NCBI RefSeq assembly: GCF_006345805.1
Contig: NC_043003.1
Coordinates: forward strand, 95,728,001-95,792,000
Reading direction: 5' to 3'
Source of the DNA: Octopus sinensis
Taxonomy: Eukaryota
Length of the DNA stretch: 64,000 nt
The position numbers and the translations under genes were made by a program. Below are positions 51,872 through 64,000 of this stretch, one piece after another. The notes under the pieces were generated by a model. It saw only the letters and a list, made by a program, of their open reading frames with translations, was not told the DNA's origin and ran no database searches. Numbering within the stretch: the stretch's first letter is position 1; each line of letters opens with the position of its first letter.

Positions 51872-53174
51872 TTAACCTTGGATCCAAATATTCTACCTGT
51901 TTTATGTCCAAACCAGCCAGATCTGGTCTCTCACACTTACCTTACAATGTCATTCAAAAAATAAACAATCACATCATAAAAATCTCAAAGCTACAGGATA
52001 ATACTTGGTAAACTGAAAATATTCCTTTCCATCATCAGCACAAGGCCTGAAATTTTGAGGGGAGTGGGGTGCTTGTTCATTACATCAACCCCAGTGCTCA
52101 ACTGGTACTCATTTTATTGACCCTGAAATGATGAAAGGTAAAGTCAGCCTTGACAGAATTTGAACTCTGAAGAAATGCCGCTAAGCATTTTGTCTGATGC
52201 ATGAGGTGATATTGAAAAGTTTCTGGACTACTTCTGTAGTGCAGCAACAGATGGCAGCACATGGTTGAGTGTATAATGAGAGCTAGCAGTGACCTTCATG
52301 AGGCAGTGTACCAAGGGACATCTGCTTTGTTTACTTCACAGGTTGGGAAATCTGTGTTTTTGTGATCACGTGTATGCTGTAGTCTGCAATTTTGTCATAG
52401 GCAGGAACAAAGAGCCAACGTGAAATTTTGTGTTAAACTTGGGAAGTCTGCTACAGAGACATTGCTTAAGCAAGCTTACAGTGATGAGGCAATGGGTTGC
52501 ATGCAATGTTTCAAGTGGCATGGGTGTGTCAAAAGCAGAAGAATATCCTTGGAAGACAATGAGTGATCTAGAAGACCTGCCATAAGTGTCACCCCCAGAA
52601 ATGTGGTATTGTGCATTGAGAATTAATCTACTATGGCCAGATCATCAATTGAGAGTTCTACTGTGATGTTTTGAAGTATTTGAGGGAGGACATTTCGCGA
52701 AAGTGACCAACCAGATCTGTGGAGCACGAAGAATTGGATTCTTCACAACAACATTGCATCTTGTCACCAAGCTCTCCTCACTCATGAGTTTCTTGCCAAA
52801 AACAACATATTTAACACCTATGGACATTCATCTCTTCCCCCAAGATGAGACTGCAGCCCAAAGGTTGCCATTTTAACACCATTGTCAAAATCCAGATCAA
52901 AACACAGAAGATCCTTGACTCACTTACAGAAAATGGCTTCAAGGCCAGATTCCAAACGTGGCAGGGAAGCTGAAACCACTGTATTGCCACACAAAGTGAT
53001 TATTTCAAAGGAGATGATGTTAAAACTTAGGTAAATAAGTTATTTCTTATTAAACATAACTAGTCCTGGAAATTTTGTAGTAATGATTCTACCAACTCAC
53101 TACCTTATCAATTGAAAATAACATGAATGAATAAACATTACATTTGACAGAGTAATCTGAAAGCGAAAGGGTTA
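51872..53174 (+). mobile_element. Second TTAA-type MITE, split by nested SINE and mariner insertions
   Basis: 51872-52015 and 53085-53174 together match the copy at 41558-41762 and end in aaagggtta. Confidence 0.65.
52201..53085 (+). pseudogene. Internally deleted mariner (DD34D-type) transposase element
   Basis: ANVKFCVKLGKSATET..AYSDEAM..FKWH..SLEDNE*SRRP and PDLWSTKNWILHNNIASCH..EFLAKNN; degenerate TIRs gaaaagtttctggact / agtcctggaaatttt. Confidence 0.9.
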
Positions 53175-53574
53175 CATTGATGTCTGCAGGAAAAAATGTG
53201 AGGACAGTGATGTTATGGGGAGGAAAGATTGAACATAGTGGTTAGAATAATGTGTGGAGGAATGAGACATTGCCATTTTTTTTCTTTTATCTTTTAATTA
53301 TCTTTATCATTGTCTCTTTTATATTTGTGTCTGTTTCAGACATTAGATTATGGCCATGCTGGAGAACTGAAGAACTTTTTATCAAATAAATCGACCCCAG
53401 TACTTGCTTTCTTTTTTTTTTAAGCCTGATGCTTATTCTATTGATCTCTTTTTTACCAAACTGCTAAATTATGGGGATGTAAACAAACTAACATTGGTTG
53501 TCAAGCAGTCAGGTAGACAAACACAGACACAAAGACACACACACACATAGATACATATATACATATCAAGAGTT

Positions 53575-54970
53575 GTTCTTGATATTCGTTGACCTTACTA
53601 AGGCCTTCAGCACTGTTAACCGGTAAGCACTATGGAAAGTTCTGAGAATGCTTAGTATACCTGACAAGGTGTTGATTGTTATCATCTCCTTTCATGAGGG
53701 AATGAAGGCTGCTGTCATGTCCAGTGGGGTATATTTGGCTTCCTTCAACATTGCAAATGGCACAAAGCAAGGTTGTGTTATGGCCCCTATTTTGTTTGCA
53801 CTCTTCTTTTCAGTGATGCTGAGGTATGCTTTTTGTGACATACAAAGTGGTGTCAAATTCTAGTTTCAAACAAGTGGTGGACTATTCAATCATCAGTCAG
53901 AATACTGCTATGTACCAGTATCATTTGTGATCTGCATTTTGCAGATGCTGCTGCACTAGTAGCAACCTCAGGAACTTCTAGACTGGATTTCTGCTGCATG
54001 TAAGGCCTTTGATTTGACCATCAGCATAAAGAAGACTGAAGTAATTCACCAAACTTGCCCTACTCCTAAACAAATTCGAGGTGTCAAGCAGAGGCCACCA
54101 GTTCACAATTTTCCTGACCCTCTTATACAGGTTGATGGGAAAAGCCTAAATCATGTGAAGTCATTTACATATCTTGGTAGTAAAGTGAATTTGAGTGCAT
54201 CCCTTGATGATGAAATTGTCAACCATCTCACAAAGGCAACCAACATGTTTAGCAAACTCCGTTATTACCTATGGAATGAAAGAGGCATCAAACTTGACAC
54301 CAAAGTACAGGTCTATAAAGCAGCCATTCTTACTACTCTGTTGTATGACTCAGAATTATTGATATCCTATTGATGGTACATTAGCCAATTAGACATCTTC
54401 CACAAAGACTGTCTGAGGACAATCTGTGGTTATTCACTAAAAGACGAAATTTCTAATGCTGACTTGTTTAGCAGGTGTAAGATTGGTGGAATTGAGAGCT
54501 TCCTTATACAATCACAATTGCACTGGGCTGGCCATGTTGTCAGAATGGGTGGCAAAAGAATACCCAAAGTCTTCATGTAAAGCCAGCTTAAGAGTGGGTA
54601 CAGGAATGCTGGTCGACCATGGCTTAGATATAAGGACAAGCTGAAGAGTAACCTCTTAGAGATGAAGATAACTCACAACACCTTTGAGCGAACAGCCTTG
54701 TTATGAACAAAATGGAAACTGTTGTATCAAAATGGTATTAAAAACTTTGTTGCTACCAGCATTAACAGGCTTCGGGGTGCAAGGCAAAGGAGAAAAGAGG
54801 CTGCAAATATACCACCTGCACTGACTTGTAATCCTCAAACTTGCAATATATGTGGCCTTCCATGCAAATCATGAGCGGGACTTAAATGTCACATTCAACA
54901 TAAGCATTATGACTGATAAAGAAAGAATACATTGCCGGAGCCTCACACGTGAAAACTGACAGGAGAGCCC
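53575..54970 (+). mobile_element. 5'-truncated RTE/BovB-like LINE (RT pseudogene plus C2H2 finger)
   Basis: FVDLTKAFSTVNR..NGTKQGCVMAPILF..FADAAAL..FTYLGS..TKVQVYKAAILTTLLYDSE..CNICGLPCKS; multiple stops and frameshifts. Confidence 0.9.
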
Positions 54971-54973
54971 ATC

Positions 54974-55049
<76 letters not shown>

Positions 55050-55425
55050 TCTCTTACTTGTTTCAGTCATTTGACTGCGGCCATGCTGGAGCACCGCCTT
55101 TAGTCGAGCAACTCGACCCCGGGACTTATTTTTTGTAAGCCCAGTACTTATTCTATCAGTCTCTTTTTGCCGAACCGCTAAGTGACGGGGACGTAAACAC
55201 ACCAGCATCAGTTGTCAAGCAATGCTAGGGGGACAAACACAGACACACAAACACACACACATACATATATATATACATATATATATACGACAGGCTTCTT
55301 TCAGTTTCCGTCTACCAAATCCAGGGCTATAGCAGAAGACACTTGCCCAAGATGCCACGCAGTGGGACTGAACCCGGAACCATGTGGTTGGTTAGCAAGC
55401 TACTTACCACGCAGCCACTCCTGCG

Positions 55426-55460
<35 letters not shown>

Positions 55461-55900
55461 TCCTGTCCCCTGATTTTCATCTATGTTGTGCCACATGGCA
55501 TTCATTCCATACACCAGCTCAACTCAATTTGTCATTATTAGTCGAAAGACACTTGTTGTTATTCTCATGTTTGTATTTGTAATTGTGTAACATTTTCTCC
55601 ATTTTCTCGTTTTTATTGTCTATGTCATTGTACACATTGCTTTCTTCCAAAAATTTAATGCTCTTATGTATATATTTGTGTGTGTGTGTGTGTTTGTCCC
55701 CCTGGCCATTGCTTGACAACCGATGCTGGTGTGCTTATGTCTCTGTAACTTAGTAGTTCGACAAAAAAGAATGGTAGAATAAGTATGAGGACTACAAAGA
55801 ATAAGTCCTGGAGTCGATTTCCTCGACTAACACCCTTTAAGGCATGGCCACAATCAAATGATTGAAACAAATAAAAGTATAAAGAATATATATATATATG

Positions 55901-55936
<36 letters not shown>

Positions 55937-57678
55937 CCTAATGTCTCCCTTACATCTTTGGGGCCTACAAATTTTAAACAGTCTCAAGTATAACAGGCTG
56001 AAACTGTAATGATGATTGGAAACTTGACTGATGAACAGAAGGCCATGAATGATCTGTCCTTGTTTATCCTGTCCATTTTTGTATTATCTGTTTGTCTGTG
56101 TGTTTTTATTGTCATCCGTTACATTCTTATTCCTTTTTTTGGATTTATATATACATATAAAGCCTTGTGAGTGGATTTGGTAGACGGAAACTGAAAGAAG
56201 CCCGTCGTATATATGCATATATATGTGTGTTTGTGTCCCCCTAGCATTGCTTGACAACCGATGCTGGTGTGTTTATGTCCCCGTTACTTAGCGGTTCGGC
56301 AAAAGAGACCGATAGAATAAGTACTGGGCTTACAAAAGAATAAGTCCCGGGGTCGAGTTGCTCGATTAAAGGCGGTGCTCCAGCATGGCCGCAGTCAAAT
56401 GACTGAAACAAGTAAAAGAGTAAAAGAGTATATAGTGGCATTTGTACACTTTTTGCTCACCTTGTAAGTAAGTATATATCTAAATTCTGTACAGCATTTT
56501 CTCTCCTTTTTTTCTCCATCTTTTAGTCCCCCTTATACTTTCTTCTTTCTTCTCTCTTTTCTTTTTCTCACCCCCCTCTTTAATCTTTCTACTGCCCTTC
56601 GTTACCTCCCTTATACCTTTCCCTCTGTCCTTTCCTCTTCCTCCCTCCCTCTAGTTCCTTTCCTAATTTTTTAATCCCTCTTCTCCCTTACCTTTCTCTG
56701 TTCCTTCCATGTGACCGGTGTTCAGCCAAGCATGATCTTTCTTTCTTGGCCTGATCACCACCCATACATGTACTGCGGATGGACGAGGAGAGCTGTGTGA
56801 AGAAGTGCCACTCCCAAACAGTGGAAGGAATCTGGGGTAGAGGGAGACCCAGGAAGACATGGGATGAGGTGGTGAAGCATGACCTTTGAACGTTGGGCCT
56901 CACAGAGGCAATGACAAAAGATCGAGACCTCTGGAGGTATGCTGTGACTGAGAAGACCCAGCAAATAAAGCGGATCCAGAGCTGTATCCTACACCAGTTT
57001 CGCATAACCAGCCCCAGCCCACTCAAAAGTACTTTGGATCATAGGGTGACCTGCTGTGCTTGAAGAGACCTATTGAGTCAAGTACATCAACATCAACATC
57101 AACAGCAATATCAAAATCAAATCAAATGGAAATTGTAATTGTGAGCCCCATGCCTGTAGCGCATAAAAATCACCATCCAAACATGGCCAATGCCAGTGCT
57201 GCTTTGACTAGCTTCTGTGCCGGTGGCATATAAAAAGTACCATCCAATCGTAGTCGATGCCAGGTCCTGTGGTCCCTATGCCGCTGGCACGTAAAAAGCA
57301 CATACTACACTTTGGGAGTGATTGGCGTTAGGAAGGGCATCCAGCTGTAGAAACACTGCCAGATCAGATTGGGGCCTAGTGCAGCCTCTTGGCTTCCCAG
57401 ACCCCAGCTGAACTGTCCAACCCATGCCAGCATGGAAAACAGACATTAAACGATGATGATGATGATGACATACATATATATATATATTCTTTATACTTTT
57501 ATTTGTTTCAATCATTTGATTGTGGCCATGCCTTAAAGGGTGTTAGTCGAAGAAATCGACTCCAGGACTTATTCTTTGTAGTCTTCGTACTTATTCTACC
57601 ATTCTTTTTTGTCGAACTACTAAGTTACAGAGACATAAACACACCAGCATCGGTTGTCAAGCAATGACCAGGGGGACA

Positions 57679-57740
<62 letters not shown>

Positions 57741-58275
57741 TATATACATATTATATACGATGGGCTTCTTCCAGTTTCTGTCAAACAAATCCACTCACAA
57801 GGCTTTGGTAAGCCCAAGGCTATAGTAGAAGACACTGAACTCTGGGCTATGTGGTTGGGAAGCAAATTTAATCAGTGCCCATAACCCTTTAGAGACAGGT
57901 GGGAAGGAGGGATGAGATAATCCTCAAATAAGGGACCTGACCTGAATATTTGCAACAAAGGAAGACTCCCCTAAAAGCCCTCAAAGTGCCAGGTGTTGGA
58001 TGTTAGACCAGGTAATGGATTTAGCCTACTATCCTTGAAGACTATGGTGGGATTTGATCTCAGAACATGAGCTGGAACAAATACCATCTTGGAGTAGTAC
58101 ACTTTCATTGACCCTCAGATGTTGAAAAGAAAATTCAACCTCAGCAGGATTTGAACTCAGAATGCAGAGCATTAAAACAAATACCTTTGAAATACATCCT
58201 GTCTGTTATTCTACCGACTCTGTCAATTCACCATCTTTATTGTTGACAAGAGGAGAAAGAGGTGAATAATGATAA

Positions 58276-58308
<33 letters not shown>

Positions 58309-58310
<2 letters not shown>

Positions 58311-58450
58311 TCTGTCATCCCACTAGTTGTAGGGCCACTAGGAGCAGTAACAACCAAGTTCAAGAAATATGTCAGAGAAATTGGAATTGACGTGAGAATA
58401 GAGCAAGCCCAAAAAGACAGCTAGGATTTTGTGATTGGTTCTTGGGTAGT
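58309..58450 (+). mobile_element. C-terminal fragment of an RLE (R4/Dong-like) LINE
   Basis: VIPLVVGPLGAVTTKFKKYVREIGID..IEQAQK..ARIL fits the VIPVVVGALG...QK...TARIL terminus. Confidence 0.65.
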
Positions 58451-58633
58451 GAATATCTTCCACGATAATTAACAACCAAGTATCAAAGCTTTATAATGTG
58501 TGGAAAGAGACCCTGTGAGATCTCTGACAATAGGATGCTGCCCACTCTCACTGAATCAACCAGAGCAAACAAAACTATGCACCCTGAGAAGTACAACAAT
58601 GATAATAATAACAATAGCAAACTTATTGTATAC

Positions 58634-59046
58634 AGGCGCAGGAGTGGCTGTGTGGTAAGTAGCTTGTTTACCAACCACATGGTTCTGGGTTCAGTCCCAC
58701 TGCGTGGAACCTTGGGCAAGTGTCTTCTGCTATAGCCTCGGGCTGACCAATGCCTTGAGAGTGGATTTGGTAGACGGAAACTGAAAGAAGCCCATCGTAT
58801 ACATGTATATATATATGCGTGTGTGTGTTTGTGTGTCTGTGTTTGTCCCCCAAGCATTGCGTGACAACTGATGCTGGTGTGTTTATGTCCCCGCTACTTA
58901 GCGGTTCGGCAAAAGAGACCGATAGAATAAGAACTGGGCTTACAAAAGAATAAGTCCCGGGGTCGAGTTGCTTGATTAAAGGCGGTGCTCCAGCATGGCC
59001 GCAGTCAAATGACTGAAACAAGTAAAAGAGTAAAGAGTAAAGAGTA
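58634..59046 (+). mobile_element. Full-length young SINE family A
   Basis: ggcgcaggagtggctgtgtggt head through (AAAGAGTA)n tail. Confidence 0.9.
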
Positions 59047-59059
59047 CCCAGGTGCATTG

Positions 59060-59640
59060 CAGCTCATCAGAAAAAGAAACCAAAACTGCATGAACAATAC
59101 ATAGAATAATGCATACAAAGTGAACAGTGAGTCAGTCATTTAAAGAAAAGTGAGGGACATCAGGTGTATTGTTGGTGAATTTTGGAAAGCATGGAAGGTT
59201 TGAAGGATTTAGTGTTCAGACAGTTAACAACTGATGTGGGTAGTTTAATCCAAGCTTCAGCAATTGTGAGCATGAGAAAATACTTCAGAAAGTTATGGGT
59301 GGTGTTGTGTTGTATTTTGATTTTGTAAGCATACCCACGTGTGTTAGATATATGGAATCCAAAATGGTCCCCAAGGTTGTTGTTGGAACAATAGTGGATA
59401 TTATGGTGTATTGGGTAATTTTGGGTGGGGATAAAATAATAATGATAATGAACTTACTGCATACAATGCTTAGAGTGCCCTACAACTCATCAGAAAAGGC
59501 AGCCAAAAATGTATGTACAATACACAGAATGATGCACAAAAAAAAAAAATGATAGTGAACAGTGAATGAGGAAGTCTTGAAGGATGTACTGTCCCAACTA
59601 CTAACAACCAATGCAGGTAATTTATTCCACGTTTCAGTAT
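59060..59640 (-). mobile_element. Two decayed CR1-type 3' ends
   Basis: Reverse complement resembles 27690-27940. Confidence 0.6.
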
Positions 59641-60955
59641 TTTTGAGCATGGAAAACTTATTTGTAACTATCTAATTCAAAGGAACAGGGGCCATTGTTG
59701 TAGAAGTGGAGTAGAGAGAAAGAAAAACAAAGGTAAAAGTTTTGAGTGATTACATGCCATCAGTAAGACACCTGCTCCAGCCCTCTCTTTCCTATTCCTC
59801 AATACTATATCTCCCACTCAGTTAAGGGGTCTTGTCTTGTAGGTACACAATGACTGCATCTGTGCTGGTGCTATATGAAAAACACACATTACACTGCGGT
59901 GTGGTTGGTGTTAGGAAGGGCATCAAGCTGTATGTATGTAAAAATCATGCAAAGCAGATATTGGAGTATGGCAGAGCCTTCTGGTAAGTTAGTTTATGGT
60001 GAACTATCCAACCCATGCCCACATGAAACAAGATACTTACAATGATGATGATGATATGTAGATGACAGTGTTGATAGAATACCAAACCACAAATTGATCT
60101 GTGAGCAGTGCGTTGTAATCTTTGGGTAAGACCCTCAGCATGCTAATGAGTTAACTAAGGGCACATTAATAAGAAGAACACAGTTGCACCAACTCACTGA
60201 TGAACCCAGTGGGAAATATAGTAAGACTGAGAAGTGCTGTTGTTGACTTGCAGGGCTCTGAGATTCATCTTTCCTGTGAAAAGAGATTGATTCTGACGAA
60301 ATAACTTGCCACCCTCCCACTCATGACCAAAATGCATTATTTGAAAATATCTTCAGAAATGTTTTCTCTGAATTAATGAATGGGTTTAGGACCTTTGCAC
60401 CATCATCATCATCCTCGTCATTGTCACTATCATCATCATCATCATTATTATCACCACCACCAACACCAACACCAACACCACCACCATCGTCGTCATTATC
60501 ATTGTCGTCATAATCATCATCACCACCATCATCACTATCAGCCCCCAACGCTTTCCATTTCACCACCACCACCACTATCATCATAATCTTCATCATCATC
60601 AGCAGCAGCAGCATCAGTCTTTTAATGTCATCCCCGACCCTACATCATTGTTTTATTGACCCCCCACTCCACCGAATGGATAATTAGAAAATACATCCCT
60701 AATAATAATCTGGTACTCTCTCATAATAATCTAATGATAAGCTTCTTTTTTTATTTTTTTTCCCACTTTTTTCTTAACTTTATCATGGTTGTCATGGCAA
60801 CTGCTATCATAATCACTCTTGTCATTGTTTTTATCACTTTTAACATATTTCTTGAATTCTTTCAGTTTTTTTTTTTCAGATTTTTGCAAATGAAACAATG
60901 AAACCATCATCATCATCACCATAACCACCACCACCACCACCACCACCACCATCAC

Positions 60956-60990
<35 letters not shown>

Positions 60991-62150
60991 ACAACAACAA
61001 CAACACTGAATTAGAAATAGCAATTTTTCTCACATCACACACTTCTGCTTAGAAAGAGGAACAAAAACTTTTAGGTGCACAGTACCTGAAAAATAAATGG
61101 GATGATCATATCTGGAACACATTTGATCATCAGGTCCACTCAATTAAAGATGACCAGGGGGTAAACCAAAATTATATCAATCGCTATATTTATCATCATT
61201 ACCAACAATATAACAGCAACAATTTATTTTTGCCGTCCGTGATTTCTTTTCTATACTTTCCATGCTGCTGGTAAGGGTTGGACAGGCTCATCAGTACAGA
61301 ATATCTCTAGTTTTATAGAAAAAAAAAACAGAATTATGAACAAAAGAATGAATTAAATATGATGATAATTAATACATGGTAAAAATAGAAACCATTGAAA
61401 TTCAAACAGGAATGCTATATTGATCTACAGCATTGATTTTCAGAATAGTCATTATATGTGTATGTGTGTGTGTGTGTGTGCTTGTGCGCACACACACACA
61501 CACACATACACACACACATACACATATATATCGGAACTAAGAGAATTAGCCCTGTGTGGCCAGTGGCATATATTTGTGTAACAAAGACTGAATAAAGGTA
61601 CATTGAAAACTGTGCAAGATAAATACTCGATTTATTGAGATAATTGCTGCTTCCAGAGAAGACAGAACAATCACATGCTGGCAATTGGGACCAACTCCAA
61701 ATGAGAAGGGGAGATAAGCTAAAGAATGAAGACTCTCCAACATTGACACATCATTAAGAAAAGGACAATTCTTGTGTGTGTATGTGTGTATGTGTGTATG
61801 TGTGTGTGGGGGGATGGGTGTGTGTGTGTGTGTGTGTGTGTACATACATATACATCTGCACATGCAGGCTTTCAAAGAATAAGTTCTGGAATCGATTTGC
61901 TCGACTAAAGGCGGTGCTCCAGCATGGCTGCAGTCAAATGACACACATATTTATATATATAGGCACAGGTGTGGCTATATAGTAAGAAGTTTGCTTCCCA
62001 ACCACATGATTATGGGTTCAATCCTACTGCATGGTACCTTGGCCATGTGTCTTTTACTATAGCCTCAGGCCAATCAAAGCTTGTGGGTGAATTTGGTAGA
62101 CGGAAACTGAAAGAAGATTGTTGTGTATATATATATATGTGTGTGTGTGT

Positions 62151-62196
<46 letters not shown>

Positions 62197-62849
62197 TGCC
62201 TGTGTTTGTCCCCCTACCATCACTTGACAACCAATGTTAGTGTATTTATGTCCCCGTAAATGAGCAGTTCGGCAAAAGAGACCAATAGAATAATTACTAG
62301 GCTTATAAAGAATAAGTCCTGGGGATGATTTCTTTGAGTAAAATCCTTTAAGGTGGTGCTCCAGCATGGCTACAGTCAAATGCCTGACACAAGTGTAAGA
62401 ATAAAAGAAAGAATAAAATGAATATATGTGCATGCACACACACACATATTCTTTTATTCGTTTCTTTTGCTTGTTTCAGTCATTTGATTGTGGCACTATG
62501 TTTAATGAAGCATATCAATCCCAGGACTTATTGCTTGTTGGTCTCTTTTGCCAAACTGCTAAGTTACAGGGATGTAAACACACCAGCATCGGTTGTCAAG
62601 CGATGTTGGGGGGGACAAACACAGACACACACACACAGACGCGCGCACACACACACACACCTGTATATATATATATGAAAGGCTTCTTTCAGTTTCCATC
62701 AATGAAATCCATTCACAAGGCTTTAGTCAGCCTAAGACTATAGTAAAAGACATTAGCCCAAGGTGCCACACAGTGGAACTGAACCTGGAACCATGTGGTT
62801 GGTAAGCAAGCTACTTACCACACAGCCACTCCTTTTCCCCTTTTTCATG

Positions 62850-62917
<68 letters not shown>

Positions 62918-63209
62918 TCATGCTTTGTTTTTTCCTTAACCTTTGAAACCAGGGCAACCGTTCTGCCACGCCCTGTATATGAACGTATATCAATACAAAA
63001 TATGTTTGGACATGGGCATATAGGCATACATGTATGTGTAAGGCTTTAGTCAGCCTAAGGCTATAGTAAAAGACACTAGCCCAAGGTGCCACACAGTGGA
63101 ACTGAACCTGGAACCATGTGGCTGGTAAGCAAGCTACTTACAACACAGCCACTCCTTTTCCCCTTTTTCATGTATATATATATACATACATATATATATA
63201 TATATATAT

Positions 63210-63513
63210 ATCACGTGATCACGTGACCGACCAGTCCTTCAGAAGTAGTTACACATCGCTGGTCACAATGCGTTCGCATTGTTTTAACCTTCGAATGACG
63301 CCACCCCGCTGGCTAAGCGAGCAGGCCAACAGAAGAAAGAGAGGGAGAAAGAGTGGTGAAAGAGTACAGCAGGGATCACCACCCCCTGCTGGAACCTCGT
63401 GGAGCTTTTATGTGTTTTCGCTCAATAAACACTCACAACGCCTGGTCTGGGAATTGAAACCGCGATCCTACGACCGCGAGTCCGCTGCCCTAACCACTTG
63501 GCCATTACGCCTC
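63210..63513 (-). mobile_element. SINE family D
   Basis: Reverse complement of 13764-14058. Confidence 0.9.
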
Positions 63514-64000
63514 CACACACACACATATATATATAGTCAGCCTACTACAGACCCCTAGCTCCAGCCTCAGCTGGGAACTTGGAATCTAATGGATGCCCAA
63601 TTATAGCACTTACACAACATACCTATTGGCTTAGATCATCAGTGAACTAAACCCCTCATATTCTATGTATATGTGTATATGTGTGTTTGTGTGTGTCTTT
63701 ATAATATACATACATGTACATATCATTGTCATCATGATCATCCTTTATATCTGTTTCTATGCTAGCATAACTGATGATGATGATGGGGTGAAAGGTAGGT
63801 TTGTTCCGTATTTTGCACAGTTTCTACAAATCAATACCTTTCATAGCATTAACTATTTAACTCAGTGTACTAGTTTCTTTTTAGCACAGCATAAAAAAAA
63901 AACAAAGTTTGCACATCTATCTATGAATTTGATCGTCACAAAAAAAAGCTATAGGTATTTTCTCCTGCACACCATAGTATTTAAACAAATTACTATTTAT

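Noticed and set aside
61620-61716. WD40-like phrase IIAASREDRTITCWQLG on the + strand
   Set aside because: Short frame bounded by stops, without usable splice sites.

Overview
AT-rich eukaryotic DNA, very rich in microsatellites and repeats. The SINE families and the (TA)n/(TG)n/(TATG)n/(CAT)n/(ATT)n load point to an octopus (coleoid cephalopod) intronic or intergenic region; this is inferred from recalled repeat sequences, not from a search. Almost all ORFs in the supplied track are microsatellite or SINE artefacts. Recognisable content: at least five tRNA-headed or RTE-tailed SINE families, decayed LINEs (RTE, CR1/L2, RLE-bearing R4/Dong-like), an internally deleted mariner, several MITEs and two non-autonomous Helitrons. 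Only one ORF looks like a real host protein: 30166-30726 (-), with four SUMO-interacting-motif-like elements. A few candidate small exons are also present. The main unexplained structures are (i) ten long fold-back palindromes (about 150-530 bp) of mutually unrelated sequence, mostly abutting microsatellites, (ii) a CpG-rich 10-bp-period satellite with higher-order structure at 7491-8236, and (iii) several local templated insertions and duplications. Coordinates and translations were read by eye; repeat boundaries are approximate.
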